Notes: generated by a model from the sequence alone, not told the origin. Positions 1 to 13,735 are shown, numbered from the stretch's first letter. The stretch: 64,000 nucleotides of DNA from Tubulanus polymorphus (GCF_964204645.1 NC_134030.1:13041947-13105946); one strand, 5' to 3'. Numbers and translations are program-made.

Positions 1-156
1 TCTGACAACTCGACACAATAAATCCTGCATTTCAACTGTATATTTTCTGAAACTATGTAGACCTCGTAGTAACTGTTTGATAGTAGCTATATCTTCCTGT
101 GTTCTATCTTTAGGTAATTTCATTATGCATGCTTTATCCCTATCAGGCCATGTAAA
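1..156 (-). CDS. CNBD2: CNBD2-like cyclic nucleotide-binding domain protein, internal exon (continues off window)
   Basis: Acceptor tttctcttag, then open frame FTWPDRDKACIMKLPKDRTQEDIATIKQLLRGLHSFRKYTVEMQDLLCRVVR. The RT.EDI...L..L.SF..Y...MQ..LC pattern is the helical lead-in to the cNMP-binding domain in CNBD2-like proteins. Orthology unverified. Confidence 0.72.
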
Positions 157-370
157 CTAAGAGAAATAACAATTTCATTTGAAGGATTATTTTCCATTTA
201 AAATGTAGCAAACATTTAAATGGAGACGTTCTACAACAAACATCTCACCAATTGAAATTTGTATCTGTTCCTTACTTTTGCTATTCAATTGTACGCAATT
301 GAATAAACGATTTTTGATAATCTACAAAAGAATTTGCAGCTCCGTGCTGGCTTATTATGGTAGAATTTAC

Positions 371-559
371 CTCGTACTTCGTCTTGAAGTCTTTTGGATT
401 GAAGTAAAGTTTATTGTTTTCGTTGTTATCGTCGACTGATGAATAGGGTCGTTTAAGACCAGCATCGAATACTACCGAACCAGAATATCTCTGAAAAGCT
501 GTACACACAGTGCACATCAACTTCACAACTCGAACCCACTTCTTCCATTTTTCAATTGC
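371..559 (-). CDS. CNBD2: CNBD2-like gene, internal exon (63 codons, phase 0-0)
   Basis: Acceptor tttttctttttag, donor GAG|GTAAAT. Encodes AIEKWKKWVRVVKLMCTVCTAFQRY...LYFNPKDFKTKYE, in frame with exon 1-156. Confidence 0.78.
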
Positions 560-2978
560 CTAAAAAGAAAAATGATGGTGTCCTTAGGCTAGCTCGCGCA
601 TGTCGGGCTGCAAAGCGATCCGATTCAACTGAGAAGAAAAGAGTAAGATTGTCATCTGTGCTCATTTCAAGCTTGGTCGGTTTCTTCCATGCTTGTAAAG
701 TAGCCTATTGATTAAACACAAACCATTATAAGCGTACAGGAGCGCCAAAGGCGCGCATGGGGGGGGGGGGGGGTCTAGACCCGCCGAACGTTCTAATCCC
801 AAAGTTACTCACTCATAGAGATGTGAGTTTGATTTGACTCATTTTTGCTCAGAACCGCGGGCCCTGATCAGGCATTCTTTGTTTTTTGTCAATTATTCTG
901 TATTATTGGGGATAACAGGTTATGCAATCCCGTAGTAAGCTAAAAATTTTTATTTATTCCTCAATTTCGGGATTCGACCCTTATAGCACATACAAATAGA
1001 TACTGGGGCTTTCAAAGTTAATCATTTCATATTTGAGATTAGAAACATTTACGCGGCAAACAAATCAAACCAGAGACATTTCAAGCCTATGGTAAATATT
1101 TTTTCGGGATTCGAACCTAATAGAAACTTATTAAAGTTCTTATGTCATGATGTCTGCGCGCAACCGAAATCATCGGCACGCCATCTGGTAACACAATAGG
1201 TTTATCCTTGATAACGTGAGTTGATCCTTCACGTCATGACATTATCCTACACGTTATGTGTTCATCCATCACGTTACCACATTCACGTTATAGGTTGATC
1301 CTTCACATGATGACTTAAGCGTCTCTTTGGTGGGGATGGCCGCCCACAGGCATGAGCAGGAAGCTTCTTATATCATTCTTATTAGGTTAAACGCGCGTGC
1401 GAGACAAATTCAAATTTGCTATATTTCTCAATACCGACCTTCTCAAAAGGGTGTGACTACCGGATCATTCACAACCACCTTTTGATGGCTAGTGGGGGTC
1501 TAATCCTAACCATCCTTTGCGTCCTAGGTGGGATCATTCCTGGTAAATGGCGAGCGTTATCGCGTGAACGCGTCACTTGCAAAATTCCGAGTTTCCTAGA
1601 TAGATTTGGGATCTATCAAGCCCTAAATATACGTGTGGACAAGACTCGAGCAGACCTCGATGTTCATACTGACTTACAAAAAGAAATTGGAAAATTTCCA
1701 GAAAATTGCTCTTGATTTGCGGTAGCTTTTAACAGCTGTGTAGACCTGTATGAAGTGTAGTGAAGTGTCATCACGGTTAGATCAATTTTCTCAGGATTTT
1801 TATATGAATCCGCTTACACTGTACATATTGAGTATTTTGTACACTTACTCAAATGACTGATCGAAAATATTGAACACAAAAGATTGTTGGTTTTTAGCAA
1901 ATTTAATATTTCACCAGGCACCAGGCCCGTACACAGAATGTTTATAGGGGGGTTCTACTTGGGAAAAGGGCAATGTCACCAAAAAGGTACCGAAGTGGTG
2001 GCGGTGGCCGGGCTGTTGCGACCAATGGAGGCGCGAAGCAATGGGTTGAGAAAAATTTTGAACATTGTCATTATATACCGCATAATCCGGTCTTCCGTGA
2101 TTCGGCAACTACGCCTCTAAGAGTCGTTTATGATTTGTATTTGTGGTAAGCCCAGCCTGAATGATTATTTATGATAGTTATAAATTCGGATTTTGTGCTA
2201 ATTTTGAAAAAGCATTTCTGCAGATACTGCTGTCTCCGGAAGACCGAGATTTCGTTAGATCTTTTTTGGTTATCGAACCCACAAGATCAGAATAGTGATT
2301 TTCATGTGTACAGATTTCGTGTGGTTTTATTCCGGGCGAAACCCTCCCAATTGAATGCTACTTTGAAATTGAATGCTACTTTGAAATATTGCTTAGAACA
2401 TATCGGTAATGAAAGCTGTTGACATGACTCGTAGTTTGTACGTGGATAATATTATTTCCGGATGTGATGAGTGATGACGTACTTAATTTACTAGAGTATT
2501 ATCATTCGTCGCGGTCATTGTTATCAAGAGCAGGGTTTAACTTAAGAGAATGGACATCTAATTGTCAAGATCTGAATTCAGTAGCAAAGTCTGAAAATGT
2601 ACATAGTGATCAGAATTCCGTATGGAATACGGAAAACGATACGCTTCGGTTAGCACACACTGAATTAGATGTTGATTGTTGTCTGACAAAAAAACGATAA
2701 ATTATAAGGGATACACCCAAAATCTTCGACCCTTTGGTATTGATTAGTCATGTTACGATTAGATCGAAATTGTTGATTCAGAAAATTGGGCTCATAAATT
2801 TGATTGGGACGAACCTTTGCCTTCTGAAATCAGAGAACAATGGCAAGCAATAGTACTTGATTTGGAAAGAGCAATGAAACTATCAATTTCTAGGCAGTAT
2901 TTCAATCATAACAATATGAAAACCTATCAATTGCATGTGTTTGCTGACTCAAGTGACAAGGCTTATGACACCATCGCC

Positions 2979-4098
2979 AGTAATAGGGTATATGTCTTTT
3001 CATACCAGAGGTCGAGAGGTCGAGCTAATTTTCACTAACTCGCCCCTCTCAACCTCTGATATGATAAGACATATAGGCTACCCTAATACTCTAATAATAT
3101 TCATATAAATGAACATTATTTATATGAGTATCATGTAAGAAAATCAATTATATATTAATTATAACAGTGTGAGTTAAGTGTGAGAAATAATTCATATTTT
3201 AACATTGAATATTCATATTTGAATGAATTAGATTTATTTTAATAAAAGTTTTGTTATAAAAATGAAGAAAGAAGATGAACCGCAATTCAAAATCGAAATC
3301 AAATATCTGCCGCCACAATAACAATACACTTTCGCATTAGGATTAAACTTTTAAAATTCATTATCTAAATCACATTGAATTCCAATATTTGATGAATTTT
3401 CATTATAGATAATTTGTTTATTATCAAAATTAAAATAATATAATTGTCGTTTTTCAATTCTTAAGTCTAATATATCGTTGTAATCTTTAGAAAGAATTAA
3501 ATCATCATTTCATTCATTAAAATGAGTTTTAAGAATGTTTTCATCTAAATTACCTTTTATAATTCAAAACTGTATTAAATACTTTATGATTTTTGACGCC
3601 ATTATCTAACGTATCTATAAGTTCAGTGATTAAATATGTTTCATTTGATAATATTTGATTAATCATAGTAATATTATCGATTTTATATTGGCTTCCATAC
3701 ACAAAATTTGTTGCTGAGATATAATTTTTAATGTTTTAAATAATGAAATTAAGTTATCAGTTTCTTTGATTTCGATTTTGAATTTCGGTTCTTCTTCTTT
3801 CTTCATTTTTATAACAAAACTTTTATTAAAACAAATCTTACTCATTCAAATATAAATATTCAATGTTAAAATATGAATTATTTCTCACACTTTACTCACA
3901 CTTTTATAGTTAATATACATGTATGATTGATTTTCACATATATGATATTCATATATATAATGTTCATTTATATGAATATTATTAAGGTAATAGGGTATAG
4001 GCCTATGTCTTTTCATATCAGAGGTTGAGAGGGGCGAGTGAGTGAAAATGAGCTCGACCTCTCGACCTCTGGTATGAAAAGACATATACCCTATTACT
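2979..4098. mobile_element. Non-autonomous long-TIR element, probable mini-Polinton/Maverick, inserted in the Pao RNase H
   Basis: ~325-bp TIRs starting AGTAATAGGG; flanks ATCGCC/GTCGCC (6-bp TSD, 1 mismatch; alternatively CAG ends with perfect 4-bp TCGC). Removal restores AYDTIAYLR. AT-rich decayed ORF inside. Confidence 0.75.
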
Positions 4099-6202
4099 GT
4101 CGCCTATCTGAGATGCGATAATAATTGTTCTTTCGTAATGGCCAAAAATCGGGTCTCACCGATCAAGAAGCGTACCATTCCGGAAATGGAGCTACTTGCT
4201 GCGTTGCTAGCAGCACGTTTGGCTGCTTTCATTAATAGAACATTTTCGGGCTTGAATCGAGAAATTTGCTTGTGGTCCAATAGCACTATTGCTCTTAGCT
4301 GGTTGAAAACTGAAATAATTCTCCCAGTTTTTGTTGCGAACCGTGTAACTGAAATAAAGAAATTGTCGAAAATGTCTAGTTGGAGATATTGTCCTACGAG
4401 TTCTAATCCAGCTGATTTACTAACTCGAGGTGTTTCTACTAATCAGCTTCAAACTGCAAATATATGGTGGCAAGGTCCTTCTTTGTTGACTGATTCCCGA
4501 TGGCCTGAATTGAATTCTGTAAATAGTACTGCAGTAGACGAGATATTGTTTCTGTTGATATTTGTAATACTAATTTAGTGACAAATAATGACGTTGGTGT
4601 ACACAGATTATAGAAATAGGGCGCTTTAGTTCTTTGCTTAGGCTGTTACGTGTCACAGTACTTTTAAATAGGTTTATCGATAAGTGTAGAAAACGCATGG
4701 TTAGTGCCGACACAATTAGTGTATTAGAGTTAGAAATAGCCGAGAAGCAATGGATTCGTAGTTTTCAAAAACATGATTATGCTAATGTTATACGTTTAAT
4801 CAAAATCGGGTCGAAAAAGCGTAATAATTTGGTGAAACAGTTTAGATTGTTCGTTGATGGAGAAGGCATCTTGCGCTGCGGTTGGAAGCTACACAACACA
4901 GCGTTATCAGAAACAGCCCGATCTCCCGCTCTTTTGTCGAAATATCACCATTTCACAACATTGTATGTGCATTATAACAAGATAATGCACGAGGGTTCAG
5001 CGGAAGTAATAGCATATATCAGACAGGATTAGGCCCTATTGGATTCCGTGCATTCGTCAAAGAGTGCAGTCTGTTACACAAAAATGTAAATTAATGTTGT
5101 GTGTAAATTAATTACGGGACGTCCTTTCAGACTTCCTAATTCCGCACCGTTACAGTCGATACGTGTCAAAGAAGCGCCTCCTTTAATCCATGTCGTATGT
5201 GTTGACTTTACAGGAGCATTGTATACTAAATCTGAAAATGATAAATCGGACCAGAAAGTATATATTTATTTCTTTACTTGTGGTATAACCCGAGGGATAC
5301 ATTTAGAGCTTGTGAGGGGAATGGATGTCGATTCATTTCTGCTAGCGTTTCGGAGATTTTGCGCTTATAGATCGATACCCAGGGTAGCTATTTCAGATAA
5401 TGCCGCAACATTTATCTGTGTAGCAGAACTTTCAAAATTGTTAAATTGGCTACAGTAGTCAGATTAAACGTTCGTGGCAGCGAAAGAGTGGCGATTTATT
5501 CCTCGAAGAGCACCTTGGTTCGGAGTTTTTATGAGAAACTAATCGGAGTCGTTAAAACATGTTTAAAGGAAGTGCTTGGTCATGCTAGAGTAACTTTAGA
5601 CGAGTTGCATACATTGTTGATTGAATGCGAAAGTGTTATTAATTACCGCCCTCTGACGTACGGTTCTAGTTCTATTCCAGACATTGAGCCTCTAAATCCG
5701 TCACATTTATTGCATGGACGGCGTATGACGAAGCTTCCGCATCGTGCTGTAGATGAAAACGTCATCAGCGATCCTGATGATGGGGCTACACGGAATTACG
5801 TAAGAGGCAAGTTCGTCGAGCGTTACTTATGCAGCAATTCTGGGACCGATGGAGAAACGAATACTAAACATCGCTACGAGAACGTCATATTGCGTCTAAA
5901 ATCGGGAGTGATATTGACTGTGTAAGGGTCGGAGATGTAGTGCAGATTCACGCGGAGGGACCTGGACTCGGTTGGATGTTAGTGAGCAAGTTGATTAGCG
6001 GTCGAGTGCGTAGTGCCGAGTTGAGAACTACTTCCAGTAAAACAAACCGTCCTGTGAATAAGCTGTACCAACTTGAATTCAATTGTGCTGATTACTTTAA
6101 TTCTGAGAAACCTGTTATAGAAATTCCAGTGGCTGTTCGTCCTAAACGAGCAGCAGCTCTTAAAGCTTAATCCCGGCTTCAACTTTTGGCTCGCCGGGAG
6201 TA

Positions 6203-6430
6203 TGTTGGGAATTACAATTAAACTAACTGTAATAATATTATAATGTTGTATTGTGTAAGGATTACCTTTTCACACTTCACACATGTTCATCTAGCGTAAC
6301 ATAGCTGGGACGCCTATATAATGTCAAACTATGTGAAATAAAATCAGAATTCTTCATATAACACATGATAAGAGTCGTCGTCGTCTGTCTCTTGTCTTTT
6401 ATCGTATTCGAGTCGGATTCATTCACAACA
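6203..6430 (+). repeat. 3' LTR of the BEL/Pao element
   Basis: TGTTG...CAACA termini, preceded by purine-rich gggagta, internal TATA-like ctatataa and AATAAA. No matching 5' LTR in the window. Confidence 0.72.
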
Positions 6431-8099
6431 GGCCTATTTTACTTGTTTTTCGATCAATTTCCTGGACTATAAACAGGGGCGGATCCAGGGACTACTGTAG
6501 CACAATATATAAAAAGTGCATTATCCACGAAAAACGAGGGGGTCTGAGTTTATGAGAATTTACTGCATTTTGGTGCAATATCCAAGCAATAAGTGAAGTC
6601 CTGATGCAAATTGTTTTCTATGAAATTTACTGCATGAAAAAGTGGTTTCCAGACAATAAGGATGATATAGTGTGCCTTTTTGGTGAAAAGTATCCTGCCT
6701 TGTCTTGTAAAAATGTTCCCTTTTCAACGTTTGGAATTGGTAGAGACGACTAAAAGTTCCCTTTTCCTGTGTCTGTTTCGAAATTGATTGACAGCCGAAT
6801 GTGCCCTTTTGTTTGAAATTGTCTGCCTCGGCTTGTAAAAATGTGCCTCTTCTACTTTTGTGATTGTTAAGGCTGGAAAAAGCTAGCTGGAAACCGCTCG
6901 AGTGAAAACTTACCGCAATGGCAGGATATGTCCAGAGCTACAACTTTGCTAATGATTGTGGTTACAAAATATGCATAGGTACCAATATTATATGGAAATA
7001 CTAAGTTATTCTACTATTCAACGCCCCGTGGTGACCATAAATACCTTGAAACTTACTACAATCATAGAACATGTTATGAACTACAACTTTGCTATTGATT
7101 GTGGTTACAAAATATGCATAGGTACCACTATTATATGGATATACTTAGTAATCCTACTATTCAACGCCCCCTGGTGACCATATACTGAAACCAATGACCT
7201 TGAAACTGACCATAATCATACAATATGCCATGAGCTACAAGTTTGCGATTGATCGTGGTTACAAAATGGGCATAGGTACCAATACAATATGGAACAAGAA
7301 AATTAATTCTAGTAAATTATTCGACGCCTGCGAAAAAAATGTAGAATTTTTGGGATAAGCTAATGTGGGATTGCAAATTTGAAATCGAAGTTGTAAATTT
7401 GGGGAATTATGAAATTTGGCGATTGGATAGATGATACAGGTCGTCGACTGTAGTAGTGGTTTTTTTATAGTGAAAATTGTCTATAATGATATCTTTGCGA
7501 CCGACTTCATTCCCTTGTGCCTCTAAGCTGGTCTGCAACTTCATTGCCTCCATGGTTGAGGAAAGAGCTCGTCTGGTGTCTGCTTCGCATCATGACTTTG
7601 GAGCATGGTGTGGCCTTAGCCAGCCAGCCCGGTTGGCCGGTTTGGCTGTCAGCTACCAGGGCACTCGATATCCTTTTGAGTCTGGGTTGAAGTAGATATT
7701 GTCATTTAAAATAACTTGTTTATATTATTCTGTATGAATTACGCATGTATCTTGTATGTTGTATTTTCTTATTCTAAAATTTGTCACTTTATTGAATTTG
7801 GGAATTATATATGTAATAAGGATCAATAAAAAATTGAATTGTTACCTAATACACATGCCATTAGAGGACACGGAGCCGTATATGACAGCTATGCTATTAT
7901 AAATTGCTAATCTCATGAAACCTGCGTACCCCTAATATCGAACATATTTTCTAAAACATTTGAATATTGAAATTATATGTTTACACATTTCTATATTGAC
8001 CGCTTGTAGCCGCCGATGAAATTCACGCCGGACCTACACAGATCGTAGATAGCTTCGTCATTCCACCAGCATCCCCATGTCAGGGTCCTACTTTTATAT

Positions 8100-8347
8100 A
8101 ATAATAATAATTTATTTTCGTAAACCGGTTACGAGGTAACCAGTGCAAGCCAACAGGCTGTACATAAAATTAAGGCGCTGGAACCTTGTGCAGAGTGCAG
8201 GGGAATGTGCAGTGATACAGTGATACTTATATAAATAATGCTATTAATAATCTTAATGCTAACAATAATAATTATGCTAATCAATAATGATAATAATAAT
8301 AATAATGATAATGCTAACAATAATAATAATGCTAATCAATAATAATG

Positions 8348-8420
<73 letters not shown>

Positions 8421-8570
8421 AAATTCTAATAATGATGACAACAATAACTTAAACAAATACAAATACAATGATAATCATAATTACGACAATAAACTATAAC
8501 CATTACTATTTCAGTAATTTAGGTAAAGATACTCATAATGATAATAATAATAGTAATAATAATAATAATG

Positions 8571-8615
<45 letters not shown>

Positions 8616-10760
8616 CTAATTATAATTGATTACAAATATGGAGAAAGCAAATGCCACAGATAATAATGATTACAAAGATAGATAGTCTAGTGTAGCAGTC
8701 TAGACAAGTTTAGTTAAGACTAAACACATACCAAGTTTTTCCTCAACGGGAGATGGATAATTAGACGTATTTCAGTAATATTTGTTTTTTAAATTGGAAT
8801 GATAGTGAATTTATGCTGGTGGATGAACGGATAACATTCGGAGTATTTCGCCAAATACTAGGCATCTGAGCTAAGAAAGATTTACTGTATAATTTGGATT
8901 TATGGAAAGCAGCTCTCGCATAGTTAAACTGTCTGGTAGTGTGCGAGTGGAAGTTAAAATTATGATGAAATAAATTTAGCAGTGGAGATGGGAGAGAGTT
9001 ATTAGTGTATTGAAATCCTAATTTGATAATTTCCAGTTGAATCAGATCATGGAATTTAAGTATTTTATATTTTTTTGAAAATAGGACCTGTTGGGGCGTT
9101 ATAAGCTGAGTTTTCGATGAGTCTTAGTGCTTTTTTCTGAATAGTAAAGAGACTTTTGGATTGACTAGATGATAACAATGGCCCCCACGCAATAAGTGCA
9201 TACGTTAGGTGACTTTGGATATAGCTTATATATAACAGTTTTTTAGTCCAGCTGGGAATGAGATTTTTTAAGCTTCTTAAAAGATATAAATTTTTGTTTA
9301 ATTTGTTAATTAATTGATTTACATGAGGTTCCCAATTTAGACGATCATCAATTAGTAAACCAAGAAATTTAGTAGAGTTTACTATTTCAAGAGAGTGTTT
9401 TCCAAATACTATTTTGTATAATGATTTGTCAATGGTTTTATCTTTTGAAAAAAGTAAGCACTTTGTCTTATCTATGTTAAGAGTGAGTTTATTTGAGTTA
9501 AACCAATCAATGATAATATGTAGATCAACTTTAGCATTATGCAATAGTGAATTCATATGTTTGTTGGAAATAAGTAAGTTAGTATCATCTGCAAAGGAAA
9601 CAGCTTTAGTGTAGCAGAGGTTGCGATTAAGATCATTGATATAAATAAGAAAAAGTAAGGGCCCAAGGACCGATCCCTGTGGGACAACAAATGAAACGGT
9701 ATTATAGGAAGAGTAGGCATTATTAAATTTAACAAATATTTTACGATTGCATAAATATGATTTGAACCAATTATAGTTATGACCTCGAATACCATAGTGG
9801 GATAATTTAGATAATAATTTGTTGATATCGAGGGAGTCAAAAGCCTTAGATAAGTCCAGAAAGAAGCCAAGGGAGTGATCCCCCTTTTCAAGATTTTGTA
9901 GTATAGAGCCTGTAAATTCTGTGATTGCTTGAGTAGTAGAGTGTTTTGGTCTAAATCCATATTGGCTGTTATTCAGTATGTTATGTTCGCATAAAAATTT
10001 ATAAAGACTATTGTGAACTAATTTTTCTAGTATTTTCGCCATGACCGGAAGTAGAGATATTGGTCGGTAGTTATTAAGGAATGTTTGTTTCCATTTTTAT
10101 ATAGAGGAATTACCTGAGAAATTTTCATTATATCTGGAAATATACCATCCTGAAGGGATTTATTGCAGAGAATTGTCAGAGGATCGATAATATTGGATAT
10201 AATCAGTTTAAGCATTCTATTATTCAGTAAGTCATTGCCACCAGTGGTCTTTTTGGGGCTAGGTTGTTGATAATCCACAAGATTTCCTTCTTGTTGGTTG
10301 GATTTAAAAAGATTGAGTGGGCATTCCTTGCCCCCATGTAAGTTGTAAAATTGTTTTTAGAACTTGGACATTTGTTTGCATAAGAGCTACCAATCGAAGA
10401 AAAGAAGTTACAAAATTGTTGGCTTATTGATTTAGGTTCCTCAACAAGTTTATTATCGATGTTGAATTTATTAGGGATCCCCGATTTGTCATTTAATTTA
10501 CCTGTGGATTGCTTCAAAAATTGCCATAATTTGCGACTATTATTGGAAAATAATACAATTTTGTTTGCATAGTACGATTTCTTTTGACGCCTTTTAATGT
10601 AATTTAAATTAATTCTGCAAAGAATATAGTTTTTATAACGTTGGTCAGATTTGTCCAGATTCAATACTTTTTTATAAAGTTGATCGCATTTCTTAGAGCA
10701 TTTTAAAATTGATTTAGACATCCATGGTTCATAAATATGAACTTTCTTCTTAACTTCTAT
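8100..10760 (-). mobile_element. CR1/L2-clade LINE, 5'-truncated, frameshifted RT
   Basis: PWMSKSI, QYGFRPKHST, FLDLSKAFD, PQGSVLGPLLFLIYINDL, FADDT, KFLGLLID; 3' UTR ending AATAAA plus (TTA)n tail. Confidence 0.93.
8230..8625. repeat. (AAT)n microsatellite tracts in the LINE 3' UTR
   Basis: Long AAT runs; source of the poly-N and poly-L pseudo-ORFs. Confidence 0.95.
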
Positions 10761-11739
10761 TAGTGGGGATAGAAGAGGGGACTCTATTAGAGGGGATAGA
10801 TATCAGACTTCCAAATCGTGTATACATCCGCCATTTTGACCGAATAATCCGATTTACTTATCATTTCTATTCATGCCTGCCGCTTCTAATATAATCCTAC
10901 ATCCTTTACTATTACAATACGTCTTCTAATGATATCCAATGCAATGTAAGATTTCGACGGTCAAATAGAGCTCATTACATAATCACAGGAAGCCATTCTA
11001 CATCTTTGTCAATAATATTTTGCCAAATAGCTTGTATGTGTACACATGGACCTGTGACGTTTTGCACATCGATGTACGGTTGTCGTTTGTAAAATGACGC
11101 TAAATGGTTAACATTGTTTAGGTTTCATAATGGTAACGTTTTATAAGGTGTCAAAAACTAATTTATTTTATTGTAAAATACCTGTCACATGCATTAAAGA
11201 TCCCTTTTCATAGACCTACCACAAATTGCGATGAAAAATGCCAAACCAGCAGGAAGCTACAGGGATTCAAGAGGTTAGGCCAAAATCGACATTTTTGGGC
11301 ACAAAAAATGTCACAGGACGGCCATCTTGAGTACGATCGCCCCAATTTTCTCATGCTGATGGGCCGTTGAGGGATACAAACATATGTGAACGATCAAGGT
11401 AATTGATTAAAGCGTCTTAAAATTTCCCTTGGAAACTTCGAGAATGTGTGAAAGTCCTGATTTTGGCGAACAAAAATGGCTGCCAGTCGGCCATCTTGAA
11501 TCTGACCGGGCCAATTTTTGGGCTGACGATGTGTCTAGGGTAGATACATGTATAAACCAAATATCTAGATATTACCTTGCAGTGTCTTCAAAACTTCCCA
11601 AAATAACTGGATTCCGTCTACGGACGGACGAACGGACGGACGGACGACGGACGAAAAGTGAACGCAATAGCCCACTGGGACTTAAGTCCGAAGTGGGCTA
11701 AAATGATACTTTCACCAAAGAGGAGGGGGTTAAACTTAC

Positions 11740-11766
11740 CTGTAAATCCTTTTCGATGTCTACTCT
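11740..11766 (-). CDS. CNBD2-like gene, 27-nt micro-exon (RVDIEKDLQ)
   Basis: Strong acceptor ctttcttcactttttcag and donor CAG|GTAAGT; phase 0-0; joins as RVDIEKDLQ-AIEKWKKW. Confidence 0.7.
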
Positions 11767-11987
11767 CTGAAAAAGTGAAGAAAGCAATTAGAACGTAGGC
11801 CTCGGCAAACGGTAGTCGATAATGCAGTAGCTTAAAAAGAGTCTATGTATTCCAGGACGCACGAAGGCGCTGGTCTAACCGTGATAAGACTAACATGACT
11901 TGATTTGAGGTTGCTACAAAACACTGTTTAGATTTTACAGAATACAATTTAGGCTATTGCTCTCAACGAAGACACAATAAATATAAA

Positions 11988-12235
11988 TTATTTTTCTGTG
12001 TGATTTTCTTCACATAGAAAAATGGCCGCCATGGAGAAAAATGGTAAATTTAAATATAAATTATTTTTCTGTGTGTTTTTTTCACACAGAAAAATGGCCG
12101 CTGTCGAAAAGAATTATAAATATAAGTATTGATTATCTGTGTGATTTTTTGCACACAGAAAAATGGCCGACATCAAAAAAGAAATTATAGATATGAATAT
12201 GAATTATTTTTCTGTGTTTTTTTCACACAGAAAAT
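11988..12235. repeat. Four ~65-70-bp tandem units, each a hairpin (tttttctgtgtg...cacacagaaaaa) followed by tggccg
   Basis: Unit visible at ~11988, 12053, 12119 and 12195. Confidence 0.8.
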
Positions 12236-12599
12236 TAATTTCATATAGGCCTAAAATAATTATTTTTTTTTGGGAGCTACAAAAAAGATAAATACAATTG
12301 TCGTCAGGATGCCGCAGTATAGAGCTAATTTTAAAACATGTACATTTTTATTCAACTGTTCATGATGTAAATTTGATGATGAACAAAACAGTTTCTTCCG
12401 CCTCATTTTAAGGTGGAAAAATACATCCCCCCCCCTTGAAATTGATTTTACTTTTAATATTGTATGCACTTTATTTTTGCAGGATGAATAAGCTGCGTTG
12501 GAGAATGTCGTGTCGTGTGCATACAAAAAGTGGTAGAATAAGCGAAAAGAATTTCATCGATACCCTCGACGAATGCATTACTATACTAGTCTTTGAAAT

Positions 12600-13398
12600 T
12601 TATTTTCATTAAGATATTACATTATTGAAGATATAATAGGTATGATAAAACGGAGAAAAATGTTACAGGATAATTGGGCTGTACAATGAGACTGAAACAG
12701 TCTATCTAAGCCGTATCACCCAGAAGCATCCACACCCCACACCACATTCATCACGCTCACACATCATGCACACAAGTAATAAACATGCGAATAGAAACAA
12801 AAACATGTTTCACATTTTACACATAAACATAGGTTTGTATAGAATGAAAATTTACAAAGTGTTGAATAGTGTTTTAATGTAGGTACGCTTATAGCCAGGT
12901 TCGCTTTGTCTTGTTCGAATTGATAGAGTATTCCATAATAGGGGACCGGATATTTTGACAGTCGAAGGTTTTCTAGTTACAGTTCTAAAATAAGGCAATC
13001 TTAATCTAAATTTATTACGCGTAGGTTTATTATGAATTTGATAATTGAAGTTCCAATAGTTGTTAAAGGTCCTAGGTAATTTTGAATTGACGAATTTATA
13101 AAAATTTACAAAAATAGCTAGTGGGTGTTTGTAAATATTCTTAATTTCTAGTATATTTAACCGAGCAAAAATAGGATCAATGTGTTCTGAATAATGGGAT
13201 TTGCTGACTAGAAACGGATAGCACGTTTTTGTAGGATTGTTAATGGATGCAGTTTATAATCAGAAGTTCTTCTCCAAACAATGTTACAATATTGAAGATA
13301 TAGCTCTATTGAAGATAAATACAAGGTACGTAAAGAATTAGAAGACAACCTGTGTTTAACACGATGTAGAACGCCAACACAACGTGACACTTTTTAAA
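12600..13398 (-). mobile_element. CR1/L2-type LINE 3' fragment
   Basis: KVSRCVGVLHRVK...YLQYCNIVW...LTILQKRAIR, then H.DPIF.RLNIL and GPLLWN motifs. Confidence 0.8.
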
Positions 13399-13401
13399 TA
13401 A

Positions 13402-13735
13402 GGCGTTTTTACGAGCATCCGATTTTTGCGATCGATCGTTGGAACGCATTTACGAGCACCGATTTTTGCGATCGATTTCACGATCGGCGTTTTAACGAAT
13501 ACGATTTTCCGATCGATTTTTGAAATCGACCAACTCGCTCGGCGAGCGATTTGATTTCCAAGATGGCGTTACCGGGTAGTTCATAACGATACAACTTTTT
13601 CTCAACGTCGCCATATTTATGTCATGTGATTAGCCAAATGCATCGTCATTTTTACGAACGTTCGATTCGATCGCACGATCGGAGTAAATCGTTCACGAAA
13701 TCGATCGCAAAAATCGGATGCTCGTAAATGCGCGG
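13402..13735. mobile_element. Foldback MITE (PIF/Harbinger-like)
   Basis: TIR tttacgagcatccgatttttgcgatcgat and its reverse complement at ~13700-13728; flanks TAA/TAG. Confidence 0.65.

Larger units (their letters stand above)
2063..6430 (+). mobile_element. BEL/Pao LTR retrotransposon, 5'-truncated and decayed (RT-RNaseH-integrase + 3' LTR)
   Basis: Frameshifted Pao motifs: HYIPH, TTPLRVVYD, PSLND, EKAFLQI, YRFRVVLF, YVDN, LHVFADSS.KAY, AKNRVSP...TIP.MELLAA, NPADLLTRG, VDFTG, RGIHLELV, ISDNA, FYEKLIG, NRPVNKLYQLE. Confidence 0.93.
7293..11157 (-). mobile_element. Inner Helentron-type non-autonomous element, copy A (split by a LINE)
   Basis: 7293-8095 plus 10798-11157 is colinear with the reverse complement of 33549-34726; AACAAG end, subterminal IR ttcgacgcct/aggtgtcaaa, no TSD. 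Confidence 0.8.
6880..11703. mobile_element. Outer Helentron-associated (HINE/DINE-1-like) non-autonomous element hosting nested insertions
   Basis: ~145-bp internal tandem repeats (6937-7292, resuming after 11157), (GGAC)n microsatellite at ~11620-11652, terminal hairpin agcccact-gggacttaagtccga-agtgggct then A-run. Left boundary approximate. Confidence 0.6.
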
